Notes: generated from the sequence alone by a model not told the origin. A DNA stretch of 64,000 bases from Magallana gigas (GCF_963853765.1 NC_088856.1:52266001-52330000), one strand, 5' to 3'; counted from the stretch's first letter, positions 26,401 through 39,352 are shown. Numbers and translations: made by a program.

Positions 26401-27808
26401 ATTTTACAACTTCGTAATAACTCGATGAGAACGCAACTTGGTGTGACAGTCCTTTTCTTATATTTGGCGTGCACCAGATTCAATATTTTTTGTCGATTTT
26501 AAATATCTAATGTATAATTTATCAACTAATTGTTTTTAATTCAAGAAAATGAAATTGGGTAGCAATTACAAACTCCGTAAAGGGAAAAGAAAAAAATCAC
26601 AAAACGCTGATTGCACAGAAGATGATTATAGTAGTTAATAACTCAAGTGATGTCAAAATAATCAAAGTACTGAAGTACTAAGGGAAATTGAATTTATCGA
26701 TTATCATTTATTTTAAAATCAACTTATCTTGCATGGCAATTAGTTTCTAGTCTGTATTTGAATTACGCACTTTTTTATTATATGAATTTTTAGACTTTTC
26801 CGACAAAAATTTCAAGAAACCCCATATGAATCATGTTGTGTAATATCTAAAGATAGATTTCAAACTATGTATTAGTAATCGAACAATTCTTAAAATCGTA
26901 TGGATCCAAGCACTAGTGATATCGAACTCTGGTCTCGTTCAACCAGACGCTCGGCTGTCTCCGTTAATATCCAACAAGCAAGAAAGCCCCTCTGCTTGTC
27001 GGAGATTTACGGAGACAGCCGAGCGTCTTGTTGAACGAGACTTTATTACGCTCTGGCGTAGGAACATTTGAGACTACAAAAATATCTAAATTGTTCGTAT
27101 TATATAAAATCTGACTATTCTAAAAGTGTTTATAGATAAGTTTCCTTGAAAAACAATGCTTCAGCATACGTTACATCGAGTTTTTCTATTATTTTCAAGA
27201 ACTAAGTCTTGTCAGCGGCGATGATTTGTGCTTAGGTCCAAACACTGTTTCACTTTCGGTTTGCCATAGTAACTGCATAGGAGAGTTGATTAAAATCAAC
27301 TCCCAAAAATCAGTACTTTTTTTTCTTAACAAATTGCTTTTGAAAGAAATCAAATGAGAAATGCTGCACTAACACGGCTACAATTTTCTACTACTTCACA
27401 GATTCGCCTATTGATGGGATCGGTTTCTATGCCTACATGTCTAAGGATGAGCCTGACCCCCGGGGTCATCACACCCTGATCTATGACGTAACGCAGACAA
27501 ACCTTGGGAATGGCTACAATAGAAATACAGGTGTTTTTACTGCTCCTCGGGACGGGCTTTACTCTTTCACGTGGTCTACACGAGTAGCATGCTCACACGC
27601 TCACACGACAGATCTCATCATCAATGAGAGGATCATGGGAAGCACGTATGCATATTGTGGCTATAACACCGTGACTGGTCACGTGGTAGCAATAGTCAAT
27701 CAAGGTGACGTCATATTCGTCCGAACACATTCCACGTCTCCAGGACAAGGCGCTATTAAAAGTAACGAATTCGGTCGATCGGCTTTCTCCGGATTTCTAA
27801 TACAATAA
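17461..27808 (+). CDS. C1q domain-containing protein 1 (signal peptide, coiled coil, gC1q)
   Basis: Exon 17461-17704 (hydrophobic N-terminus, heptad-like ESRLQVFEVTLKKQEIENRELKEEV, phase-1 donor) and exon 27402-27808 (FYAYM...TNLGNGYNRNTGVFTAPRDGLYSFTW...FSGFLI). The phases match across a 9.7 kb intron that holds the Gypsy element. Confidence 0.85.
19148..19730 (-). repeat. 3' LTR
   Basis: Direct repeat of 25434-26012 with about a dozen substitutions and three homopolymer indels by manual alignment. Contains internal ggctctt tandem units. Confidence 0.95.
19894..20606 (-). pseudogene. Extra ORF3 of the Gypsy element: tandem zinc-finger protein, frameshifted
   Basis: ATG at 20606. CPMC-x12-H-x3-C and CDRQDC-x12-H-x3-H fingers. 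A frameshift near 20270 continues into SDSEWKEADPGNL...RIYRKPTVPLPIFAPKRK...VEWTITKWKEGD. Confidence 0.72.
20578..20823. repeat. ~122 bp tandem duplication covering the ORF3 acceptor and start
   Basis: The block ttctgggagttgtcttc...ctaaacatatc occurs twice back to back. Confidence 0.88.
20848..24400 (-). pseudogene. pol: Gypsy pol: aspartic protease, RT, RNase H, integrase
   Basis: IVDTGAT and ILGLDFL (PR); WASGVILVRKKDGSFRFCVDYR and YLDDII (RT); ILDTDAS and TKKELLAVV (RNase H); ALDIVG, HADQG and GLVERFN (IN DDE core). In-frame stops at 23446-48 and 22541-43, a frameshift at ~22878, and a deletion at ~21870. Confidence 0.95.
24400..25376 (-). pseudogene. gag: Gypsy gag with internal deletion
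   Basis: KPATYDGTTSWLDYKSHFEACAK jumps out of frame to SDMRLRIKQARPRNLNEAVRNAIELEAF. The zinc knuckle CHNCGNKGHIKEEC is in frame with the protease. Confidence 0.88.
25434..26012 (-). repeat. 5' LTR
   Basis: Direct repeat of 19148-19730; followed on the minus strand by cgcggtgggataa and the gag ORF. Confidence 0.95.
26014..26148. repeat. 135 bp inverted repeat (mini-foldback) abutting the 5' LTR
   Basis: Arms 26014-26052 and 26110-26148 (aatcatgatt...agatacagtctcataa.tgcag and its reverse complement). Confidence 0.85.
26932..27041. mobile_element. 110 bp palindromic MITE
   Basis: 49 bp arms gtctcgttcaac.agacgctcggctgtctccgt... with a 12 nt loop. Confidence 0.8.
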
Positions 27809-29789
27809 TTGCTACACTTTATAATTGCATTACTTTATAATTGTAAGATAAAGTATTTCCACAAAAAAAGAATAATAATTGTTCAATTTGTTTATATGTT
27901 TGAGTATTTACCTTTTTGTTTCCTGTTTTTGTTTACTGTTCTTGAAAAACCGTTTTCTTTTTGTTTATACATGTATGTAACCATTTGACGTTGACAAAAT
28001 GATTGAAATAATTCTCTCAAAATAGATCCCAAATATTATGCTCACTTGATAAAATATTCTTTTAAAATTCCACAACGTTTTTTATTTTAAAATATAATAC
28101 AGTATGTTCTTTTATCTGAAACATGTCTGTATAGAAAGAAATTTATGAGGTATGGTAATAGGATTGACCTTTGAAGGCTTCTTAACATCTCTTTTATATT
28201 TGTTTGAAAGAGGGGCATTATACGATCAATACGTACAATAATGTAAAATTCATAATTAAAATAAACCCATTGTTTCTATGTGGTCCCACTACCATTGTTA
28301 TTATGGCATTGGGTCAATATAGCAGAATGGTATTTCAGAGCTAATTTGAGATTCATCTTCAGCATTAAGTTGGGGTTTTAAGAGTAAAATATTTTATTTT
28401 AAAAGTTGGCATTTTTCAAAATAAAGAAGATAATTTGCATAGAAATGCATAATTTCACAGTGGTTTATGGCAACAAAATACACATTTCAAACATAATTAT
28501 TTCTATTGTACTTGAAATTAAAATTACACTCAATTTTTTTCACACACGTTAAGAACTAAGCAATGTAGAATTTTAAGATCAAAAATTGAGAACAGTTGAT
28601 ATGGAAACAGTTCATTTTCTTTGAATGAGCCTTATTGATATATTGAATAGGGTCTATAAATTGTTCATGTTTAAGTACTTAGGTAAACCAGGTATGTCCT
28701 GAACTTTCATGCAGTTAAAAAACCCTGTCGTTTCTTTGGAGTTTTAAAAGGTACATGTAAGAAGTGTTTTACTTAGATGCAGAACTTAAGATCCACTCGA
28801 GATTGACGGACCGTGGAGCTACAGTTGCATCCGTACAAAAAACTGTATATTTATTGCGCAAAAAAAGTTGTGCGTGGTTTTAGACTTCCTAACCTCATTT
28901 AGGAATAAATTCTGTGAAAATTTTAGTGCCAACAATTTTTCAGATATTTACTTGAGATGTAATTCCTTTTTCCTGCCTCTGACTATCATTTAAACACCCT
29001 CACCAGTCCCATAATGTGAAACAATTTTATTTGTTTACAGGTAGAAATGGCGGCTCTTGATTCCGACATAGATTTATTATACTCCACTTTCAGAGGTCAG
29101 TTCGGGTGTTTGAGGCAAGTAAACTGGTGAACCAGTAATATAATGTCTCAGAAATGTTTTGGTATTGAAAACTTCACAGAATATATTCCTTAATAAGTTT
29201 AATAAAATAAACATTTTAATTATAATGCAAGTATATTTAACGCAAGAAATATACACCGTACAGTTTTTGGAATAGAGGTAACAGTTACTGTTGCTCAGCT
29301 TTGTTTTGGTATGCTACTTAATTTTCCATAGCAACAACCCTTTTTTGTTGTATGTATAACAATCATGATTCTTTTATATTATAAAAATGTGGGCAAATTT
29401 TCACAAATATAAGAAAAAAAAATAATAAAAAAAAAATCTTAAACCTTCTGCTTTGGTTACCATGGCAACGAGTACCCACAACAACCAATTTTAGGATGTT
29501 TAGCTTTTTACAATTTGGAGTTTTCATGTATTGAATATAAAGTAAGACTCGGGGTAATTTCCCCTGTGCGAAGGCTTATTAGGAATTACTAGCTACATAG
29601 TTGTTTATCGACTTATTGTATTCTGATATATAATGCTTACTTTTAGATACAGGAATGTCGAGGAGACAACTCAAAAAGCGTAACTTTGGTTTATGATATC
29701 TTGTCAGAGTGGGTTAAAAGCATCAGATGTATATTAAAATTTCGTGTTAAACGACGGAGAGGTCAAATGGAAACCAAATATCCTTTTGT

Positions 29790-31375
29790 TTGAACTAGAT
29801 AGATTGCACGATCAATATGTACTGGTCCCTGTTGATAAGGCAATTATAAACATTGTCTTTGTTTGTAAGTCACATTATATTAATTGCATTTTCAAAGAAC
29901 TAGCTTTTGATTTTACACATGGTAATCCTACTTACACCCATAGCAGTCTTTCCAAGCAGGAAATACTTCAAAATCATAAATCGGTTATGAATAGCTTTAA
30001 TATCCCCAATAAACAAAATGAATTTGATTTACCTTATTTGTACTGGATTCCAAAGCTTCACAAAAGTCCTTACAAACAGAGATATATAGCAGGTTCCAGT
30101 AAAGGTTCTACCAAACCTCTCTTTTTACTCCTTATTAAAATTCTTACAGTAGTGAAGGAGAATCTTCAAGAGTACTGTACAACAAAATACTCCAGAAGTG
30201 GTGTGAATCAGATGTTGATACTAAAAAACGAATAAATAGAAACGTTGAGGTCACATAATCTAACCAAAACCAATAGCATCAAAACTTACGATTTTTCAAT
30301 GCTTTATACAACAATTTACAACGACAAATTAAATCTAGGCTTTTTGATATCATCGACAGTTGTTTCTATAATAAAAATGGAAGTCGTAAAAATGCTTACC
30401 TTGTCATTGGAAATCTAACAAAATATTTTGTTAAAAACCATTCAGATTGCACACACAAGTACTCTGAAGTTGACATTAATAAGATGCTTGAGTTTCTGAT
30501 AGACAACATCTATGTAGTTTTTGGAAATTCAAGTCTTCCAAAAATATGTTGGAATTCCCATGGGTACCAATTGTGCCCCATTGTTAGCAGACCTATTTTT
30601 GTATTCTTATGAAGCAGAATTTATTCAAATACTTGTACGTGAATAAAATAAATCACTTGCTGTGGCCTTCAACTCAACATTCAGGTATATTGACGACGTA
30701 TTATCAATTAACAATTGTTATTTCCATAATTACGTCGACTTGATATATTCCAGTGAACTTGAAATAAAAGACACCACTGAATCTGCGTCATCTGTTTCAT
30801 ATTTGGATATTTGACTGGAAATGAACACATTGATGGTTACCTAACAACAAATCTTTATGATAAACGCGATTACTTCAATTTTTCTATAGTCAACTTTCCT
30901 TACTAATGTAGCAATATACATTCATTACCTGCATATGCAGTTGATTCGATGCGCAAGGGCATGCTCTTCGTATGAACAGTTTCTAAGACGAAACAACTAC
31001 TGACAAACAAGTTGATGAAACAGGAATATCAACAGTCTCGTTTGAAGTCATCTTTTTGTAAGTGTTATGGTCGATAAAACGACCTTTTCAGCAAATACAT
31101 TCTTCCACTGGGTCACATGCTGACTGACATTTTTCACACTAATTGTTAGACCATAATTAATCACCTAATTTTCTACGGACTTTTCCGTTTTTCCCCGATT
31201 GCGACATAGAGCACACGGCAGATGTTACCGGTCATCAGAGGATGCTCACTCCTTTATGGCACCTGATCCTACCTCTATCTTTTTAGAGGTCCGTGTTGCT
31301 CTGCTTTGAATTTGTATTTCGTTTTATGGATTTTTGAGATGGTTGACAGTTTGTTATTGTATTTTTTCATCAATT
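29790..31375 (+). mobile_element. 5'-truncated, decayed Penelope-like retroelement (RT region and 3' end)
   Basis: VLVPVDKA, YWIPKLHKSPYKQRYIA, IKTYDFS, GIPMGTNCAPLLADLFLYSYE, FRYIDD and SYLD motifs across several frames, with stops and frameshifts. No GIY-YIG domain seen. Confidence 0.85.
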
Positions 31376-32271
31376 GTAATTCTTTCTGTCACATGTATGA
31401 AACTACAATGTTTGACTATATTTATCAAATTCCTGAATGTATTGAAATCACGTCTAGTTTGATTTGTCTTTTGAACAATCTGTTTCTTGGTTTGCATGTA
31501 CAAGTATAGCCTGAACTAACCATATGATAGTTTTCATTCTGGCACGCAAAATGATAATCAGTCAAAATGAATGAAAATTTTAAACTTTATTTAAATGCTC
31601 ACATTGCTCCCAATTTTTTTTATGAAACTGTGTTAAATTACGATAACTTGGTAAGTATTATCTAAGTTTTGTTTTACATATGGTTGAAATTTAAGGTTTG
31701 GATATTATTACAATCTTGTATCTTTTTTCTACCGAATTTTACCTATTTATCAAATCAGAAAGTTGTCAAATTGTTGCAATTATTAGACAAAGTAAAGCTT
31801 TCATCTCGGAATGTATTTGCTTTAAAAAAATTTGTTTTTAATCCAAGAAACTCTCAATAAAAAACATAATATATTTGAAATGGAATTGTCTACTTAACAA
31901 AAATTCGACGTTGCGATATAATTTTATTGTCTTAAAACCAGAAGGTGATGCAGATATTAGAAATTTACTAGTTTGTGTTTTAACAAAGTGTAGCAAGTTC
32001 AAAAAGAAACTTATCACGATACAAAGTGTATTAATTAATACCCATAAATCATGTCATCCACTTTGTCAATGTGTTCCCAGATGCAATATCACGACAGTTA
32101 TGTAAAGAACAACCTGTTGCCCAATTTGCGTGTTCTGTATTAACACGACCTTATCACATATATTGTCAGTAGCACGCAAACCAGTGATTATTTTAAAAAA
32201 TCAATAACAATTTTAAACTTTATTTATATTTCACGTTGCTCCGCCGAAGTTTTTTTTAAGATCAAGGCAAA

Positions 32272-34360
32272 ATGAATGCAATTTTGGTAAGATTCTATAA
32301 CGATAACTTCATTTGTCGAGATTATCATACGTTTTATTGTCAAAATTAATATCCTGAAATATAATTTTGTAAAATACTAGTTCTCTATAAATATGCCGTT
32401 TTGTTGGTTTTTTTTTAAAATACTACATTTAAACGATCTCAGGGTAAGCTATATTGTAAAAAATAAAATGAAAGGGGAGGTTGCCAGAGTTCATTACATA
32501 CAAGCAGTGTTTTAGTTTTTTTTTGTTTTTGTTTTAGGTTCTAAAAGAAACTTATCACGATACAAAGTGCATGTAAATGACCATTAATATTTTTTAAAGA
32601 TTATATATGTACTTTGCTTTATTTCTTAACATGCAATAACCCCTGCCTCTGGGGTTTTCCAGAGGTCCGTTATTGCTCTGCTCTGGACTGTTGATTGAAT
32701 ACCGGATTGTCCACGAATATTTCTCCGTTTTTCCAGATCATGATATTTTCCCCCAAACTACGACATTTTTCCCGATAATTACATTGTTACCGATATGACA
32801 TTGGGCGCACGGCGGGTGTGTCCTGTCAGCAGAGGATGCTTACTACTCCTAGGCCCCTGATCCTACCTCTATCTTTTTGGACATCCGTGTTGCTCTGCTT
32901 TGAATTTGTATTTTGTCTTATGGGTGTTTGAGATGATTGACGGTCTGTTATTAGTTTTTTTTTTTATAATACATTTAATATGTTTAATTTAGTTTATAAC
33001 GAATGTATACATTAAAACCACATCATAAATGTAATTTTATAAATTGACATGACGACGGGTAATTTAACAAAATGTTTTTTTTTTTAATGTTTCTAAATTC
33101 CGTACACATTTATTTTATAAAGTGATGATAATTTCTATCGATATTATATTTATCCGTTGATTTTAAAAGAAATATGTTAGTAGCATATAACTTTGGAAAA
33201 TACAAGTATTCAATAAATATCAGATTCAGTTGCTCATTGGTAGTACATATATAGATAATTTCATTTACGCTTAGTAAGAAGAATTTTTTTTTAAATATTA
33301 AAAATGAATAATTTGAAATCCTAACGCTACCCTCATAACCTATTGTTATTGTGATTTAATCATAACGTCTTCAAAGACAATGGCAAAATGAGCAATTCTA
33401 ATTTTGTGTTAATGAACAACAATAATACTTGTAGATATTTTGGGATTTTTCTTCAGAATATGAATTTAATGACGTTTGGACACATCACTACGTCTCTGTT
33501 TGTTCTGGCGATTGTGGACGTCAACGCTAAAAGTATTCTCATTAACAATAGTACCGTTAAAATCATCGTCAGCGAAAACAACTCGTCAAATGGAATACAG
33601 ACTAGTGTTTTAATGGACCGACTTTACAAAGACATGAAGATTCCATTTCAAATTGAGAAGAAGATTCAAGCTATTACAGATAAGGTTTCTAAATTGGAGA
33701 ATAAAGTGGAATCCAAATCTTCATTCAGCACAAAAACTAAAAGCAAAGGTATGTGAGGATAACAAAAGATGAATATACGTACCTCTTAAAACATTTTATT
33801 AACTATCCTCAATGATTAATAAATACTTCTCCAAATATGAAGTACCAGTTTTTCTTATACATTGTATACATTTGTTAAAGCTGGCAGGCCGCTAATTGAT
33901 ATACATAATAATCATTCAATAAATTATTCTTATGGAGATCAGGATTTTGCATGATTTTATTTTTTTTTTCATATAAGGAGAGGGTTTCTATGCCTACGTA
34001 TCAAATAACCTAGCAAATCCTGGTGGCGGCCATACCATTGTGTATGACGTGGTAATGACGAATTTCAAAAACGGATTCAATAAACATACGGGTATTTTCA
34101 CTGTTTCTGTAGAAGGTCTATACTCATTGACATGGGTTACGCGTGTATATTGCAGTAAATCGTACACAACTGAGTTACATGTCAATAAGAGTATTGCCGG
34201 TTCTACGTTTGCTTATTGCGGGGCAGATACGGTCACCGGAAATGCCGTTGTTCAGCTGCACAAAGGTGATGTTGTATTCGTGCGCACTCTCGCTGGAAGA
34301 GGGGAGATCAGAAGTAATAAGTACGGGCGAACTTCTTTTTCAGGATTTCTTGTCAATTGA
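32272..34360 (+). CDS. C1q domain-containing protein 2
   Basis: Putative 15 nt coding micro-exon 32272-32286 (MNAIL|GTAAG), exon 33457-33748 (signal peptide, coiled coil, phase 1) and exon 33978-34360 (gC1q ending FSGFLVN). Alternative start at ATG 33460. Confidence 0.85.
32640..32955 (+). mobile_element. Short fragment related to the 3' end of the Penelope-like element, in C1q-2 intron 1
   Basis: cacggcgggtgtg...gaggatgcttact...ctgatcctacctctatcttttt...tccgtgttgctctgctttgaatttgtattt matches 31212-31360. A partial terminal repeat precedes it at ~32641-32690. Confidence 0.72.
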
Positions 34361-35310
34361 TATTATTTGAATGTTTAATAAATGCATGCAGAATAATAAA
34401 GCCTTTATCTCATTATTTTGAAATTTGTTAAAAGGCACGCATGAAAATCGAGAGAAGTAAACATATGTATTTAAAGTTTGTAATAATGGAATCAAAGCTT
34501 TCATGATATGGCTTATTAAGTAGACTTCGGGTTTCTTAGCGTATTGTACATGTAATAGCCTTTTTACTGCAATTAGGGACTGATATAAGGAAGAGTACAT
34601 GTACACCATAAACATTGTTTTACTTTCTGAAAAGGTTAATGATATTAGATCAAACGATAATCAAATAATGCACCAGTTTATTTCATTGATGTGCTGATTT
34701 TTTAAAGCAAAGCGTGCGGAAAAGAAAGCAATCACCAACCATGAAACATCATTTAAACATAATTTAATGTCAATTCTATCGAGAAATTTAGAATTTAATG
34801 TATGGCTGTGTGGTTTTAGGTATCATATTGCATTAAAATAAAATCTTAAATATCATAACTACATTAAAATGTCTTAACAAACGTGAGACAAATAGTCTGG
34901 ATATCCTGCTTCTATTCCATTCATAATTTTATTTTTTTTCACATTCCAGTTACTTCACCGGATAGAAGGATATACCAATGTATTGTAAAGTAACATAAAC
35001 CTGTTTATTGACTGTTTATTGAGGAAGGTAGTAGGTATATTGTCCCCCCTGACAGCAGCAATTTCCCAAATTGTTAAGCTTACCCAACTTGCATTCAACA
35101 AGAACAATTGATCGTTTTAATTGCAAAAGGCCAAACCAAGGTAACATTTCTTTTTAGTTATTTTTGTTACTTAAGTTAAAAACGAGAGAGGAAGTACATA
35201 AGCAAATAGTTAATGAAAATGTGACTTCAATTGACATGTGCATGTAGGATGAAATCCATATTCATACAAGACAATGATCAGTATATGCTCAGTGGTAAAA
35301 AAAAATGAAT

Positions 35311-36020
35311 ATCCATGAATCCTGTCATACACTTTGTCAATGTGTTCCTTGATTGATGCAATACCACGACAGTTATGTCAAGAACAACCTGTTGCCCAAT
35401 TTGCGTGTACTGTATTAACACGACCTTATCAAATATGTTGTCAGTGGCACGCGAACTAGTGGTTATTTTAAAAGATCAATAACAATTTTAAACTTTATTT
35501 ATATTTCACGTTGCTCCACCGAAGTTTGTTTTTTTTTAAGAATCGGGGCAAAATGAATGCAATTTTGGTAAGTTTAGAATCTTTCTTATCCAGAAGAACT
35601 CTCAATTAACATGTAATAGAGGTTAGATAAAATCGTCTATTTGATTAGATAAATCTGACTTTGCCATGTTGTGAGTAAATTAAATACATCAAAGCAGAAT
35701 GTAATTTCATGGACAGTCCAACGAGAGATACTAAACTTTTCACATTTTATACAACTTTCATTTTTATATCGATAACTTTATTTATCGAGATTATCATACG
35801 TTTATTGTCAAAATTAATATCCTGAAATATAATTTTGTAAAATACGAGTTTTCTATAAGTATGCCATTTTGCTGTTTTTGTTTTGTTTTTGGGTTGTTTT
35901 TTTTTTGGTTGTTTTTAAATACTACATTTAAACGCTCTCAGGGTAAGCTATATCGTAAAAAATAAAATGAAAGGGGAGTTTGCCATATTTCATTACATAC
36001 AAGCAGTGTTTTAGTTTTTT
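35311..36020 (+). repeat. Duplicated promoter/first-exon block shared by C1q-2 (~32040-32520) and C1q-3
   Basis: Near-identical non-coding blocks upstream of both genes. The second copy has a ~200 bp insertion after the donor. Confidence 0.85.
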
Positions 36021-37011
36021 TGTTTTTGTTTTTTTTTTATGCACACTCAAATTAAAACTCTAGCGCAGCTGGACATAATCGTAACACAGCGAGACACTTC
36101 GCCTCTTGCTGTTTTAAGTTACCAGTATTCACTTACTGTCTTTACCAAATTGGGATACACTTCTGTGGTAACTAATTTAAATAAAACATTGCTTTTTCAG
36201 AATATCAGTTCATTTATGGTTGGACGCATCTGTGCGTTTGTGTTTGTTTTGGCGATTGTTGAAATCACCGCTAAAAGTATTGTCATTAATAACAGTACCG
36301 TTAATGACATAATCAGCGGGGACAAGCCGTTAAATGGGACACAGAGAAGTACTTTGATGGACCAACTCTATGAAGAGACCATGTTCCGATTCCAGATAGA
36401 GAAAAAAATGCAAATTCTCACGGATAAGGTATCAAAACTCGAAGAAAAGGCAAAATATAACATTAACGGTAAAGGTAAGTACGTGAAGAAATAGATTACT
36501 TAAGAAAACAAAATATATCTTATAAAGCATTCTAACGATCTTAAACTTTGCTGAATACTGACTTGGGTTTAAAAGGTTGCAAAATACATATAAATTGAGT
36601 TCATATCTTTTTCTTTTTTTTCTGTTAGAAAAAGGCTTCTATGCCTACGTATCACGTGACTTGAACAATCCTGGAGGTGGTCATACAATTGTGTTTGACG
36701 TTGAGATGACGAATTTCAAAAACGGATACAACAAACATACCGGTGTTTTTACGGTTCCTGTCGATGGTCTCTATTCATTAACATGGGTGACAAGAGTTGA
36801 ATGCAGTAAATCGTACACAAGTCAACTTCATGTCAACAAAAGAATCGTGGGCTCTACATTCGCTTATTGTGGATACAATACGGTCACCGGAAATGCTATT
36901 GTTAATCTGCGTAAAGGTGATGCTGTTTTTGTGCGTACCCTTGCCGGAAGTGGACAGATCAGAAGTAATGAGTTTGGTCGTACTTCGTTTTCAGGATTTC
37001 TTGTCAATTGA
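35553..37011 (+). CDS. C1q domain-containing protein 3
   Basis: Putative micro-exon 35553-35567 (MNAIL|GTAAG), exon 36201-36474 and exon 36629-37011 (gC1q). Alternative start at ATG 36216. Confidence 0.87.
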
Positions 37012-38415
37012 TATAATTTAACTGTTTAATAAATTCACCAGAAATGTATTGTCTTCGTCTCCTTTTATTTTAGTTTTTTTCTTTTTTTAAAATAATAATG
37101 TTTTAATTTAGCTAATGCGTTGGAAATATTTTGTGTTCCTATGAATTTTCTTCTTTTTAAGTTAAGTATATAATAAATTTTGTGTTAAAATCTTTAGAAA
37201 AAGCAAAATGGTGAAAATGCTGTAATGAAAAGGGAGCTTGCCAGTTCTTTTAAAATCTTCGTATGTCAGATACATTTGTCTTCGCATAACATATGCCTTC
37301 CACCAGCTGCTAGGGTTCAAATTCAGAGGCAAGGCATTCTACACTTCAACCTTAAGGTCAATTTTTAAAGCTACTTACTCTGCAGTTACAAAATCTGAAA
37401 ATATTAATTAAAAGCGATATGTTTGATTGAATCTGAATTATACAGTACTCATTTTTTCATTCTTTTGAGTAAATATGCAATAACATAATCAAAAGACTCC
37501 ATGAAAGTCCAGCGTACCTTTCTTTTCACAATCGTAAATGATAAGATGTACAAACCTTTTGCAGATACAGTGTGTGCTTAGGCATCCTGGTTTGGATCCT
37601 GTTTGTTATTTTAATGTACCTAAAAATATGAAGTAAACAAAATTAAGGCTAGTGGTGTAAAAATATAGGAATTAAATATACGGAACAACATAAACGCTAT
37701 ATGGATACGTTCTACGTCTTGGAAATACTTTAACAACAAGTAAGTAAAAATCATCTGAAACACGTTAGCCTATGGATCAAATGATACCCGAATTCGCATT
37801 CACTTACTAAGAGTCATTTTTGAGCAGTCAATTTTTTTTCTATCAGAGCAATGATATTTTAAGATGCTCATATTGACGCATGTTTATGTTGATTGCTTTA
37901 TGAGCATGGCCAGTAACATCCTTCGATACATAAAACCAATTGTTTCATTGAAAGAACCCAACAAAATGATCGCCAACGTTTACCATGCTTAAAAAGACAG
38001 GTTACATATATGAACAAAGATTATAACCAAAGGGTGATACAGTAGGCATTTTGGTGTAAAATTACCAATATATATTCAAATAACCGCGTAATCTTAAATA
38101 CGTTTTACCAACAAGCCTTTACAGACCATATAACAAAATCTGAGGTATCTAATAGGCACCAACAATCAACATTAAAAATTATTTTATTGGCCAACTAGTT
38201 TTAACAAATTTGGATAAAAAATTGCATTCATTGGACAGTCAAAATACTGTATATTATGTCAAATGTAGAAATATATTTATTTTTTAAACATGGAAAAATT
38301 GTTATTTAAAGTAGGTTCACAAACTCCATTCATCAAGGGGAGTTATTATTAATATGAATTGTAATCTTCATCAATTTCACGTCTATGTCTTACCTGGTTA
38401 GCTCTTGTGCTGCTT

Positions 38416-38818
38416 GTGGTGCTTTTATTTCATGCTACATATAATTTGGTGCTTCCATGTAATACCACAAGTGGGCTTCTTTTTAATGCTACATATAATT
38501 TGGTGCTTCTATGAAATACTACAAGTGGTGCTTCTGTGTTATACTACAAGTGGTGCTTCTATGTAATACTACAATTGGTGCTTCTATGTAATACTACATG
38601 TGGTACTTCTATGTAATACTACAAGTGGTGCTTCTATGTAATACCACAAGTGGTGCTTCTATGTAATACTACAAGTGGTGCTTCATTCTAATACTACATG
38701 TGGTGCTTCTATGTAATACTACAAGTGGTGCTTCTATGTAATACTACAAGTGGTGCTTCTATTTAATGCTACATGTGGTGCTTCTATTTAATGCTACAAG
38801 TGGTGTTTCTATTTAATG
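38416..38818. repeat. 25 bp minisatellite (ggtgcttctatgtaatactacaagt), about 16 units
   Basis: Units counted by eye between C1q-3 and C1q-4. Confidence 0.92.
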
Positions 38819-38992
38819 AAAGTCAAGTTACAAACGAAATACAGAGCTTTGTTGTGTAGATAAGCTGAAGTCCCCCCCCCTTACTGAAAAAAAATCAAAT
38901 TTCTTAAACACAGCAAAACTACTTAACCTATGCCTCGGACCCCCCCCCCCCCCCCCACCACGACAAACCTAAATATCACTCGGAATTCTAGA

Positions 38993-39036
<44 letters not shown>

Positions 39037-39352
39037 GAATCAGCTGAAAGAATTTCATAGGAAACGAATGCAGTTATGTTTCTCGATATCTGACGTTTAA
39101 AATTATGTTTTATTTGAGCTACGTGTAGAAAAAAAGATTTATACGTTGTAATAGTGGACAGTTTTAAACAACTGCAACATATTGCAATGTTTGCATTTAA
39201 TTTTACCCAAAGTAAACGACAATTAATAAATATGCCTCGATTGTAAACAATGGATTGATTTATTTACTATAAAATGTAAATTTCCAGTTGATAAACAATA
39301 AATATAAAAGTTTGAATTTCGTTGCTTTATTGCACAATTGCTTTTGCAAGAT

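Larger units (their letters stand above)
18464..26449. mobile_element. Possible older TIR DNA element surrounding the Gypsy insertion
   Basis: ctgtcactcc (18464-18473) and ggtgtgacag (26440-26449) form a 9/10 inverted repeat. GC-richer non-coding blocks lie at ~18480-18870 and ~26150-26450. The match is short and may be chance. Confidence 0.35.

Noticed and set aside
31170-31245. Possible hammerhead ribozyme on the minus strand (CTGATGA...GAAA) in the Penelope-like 3' end
   Set aside because: Helix II is only 3 bp, helix III does not pair properly, and the sibling copy at ~32825 has CTGCTGA. An Infernal search would settle it.
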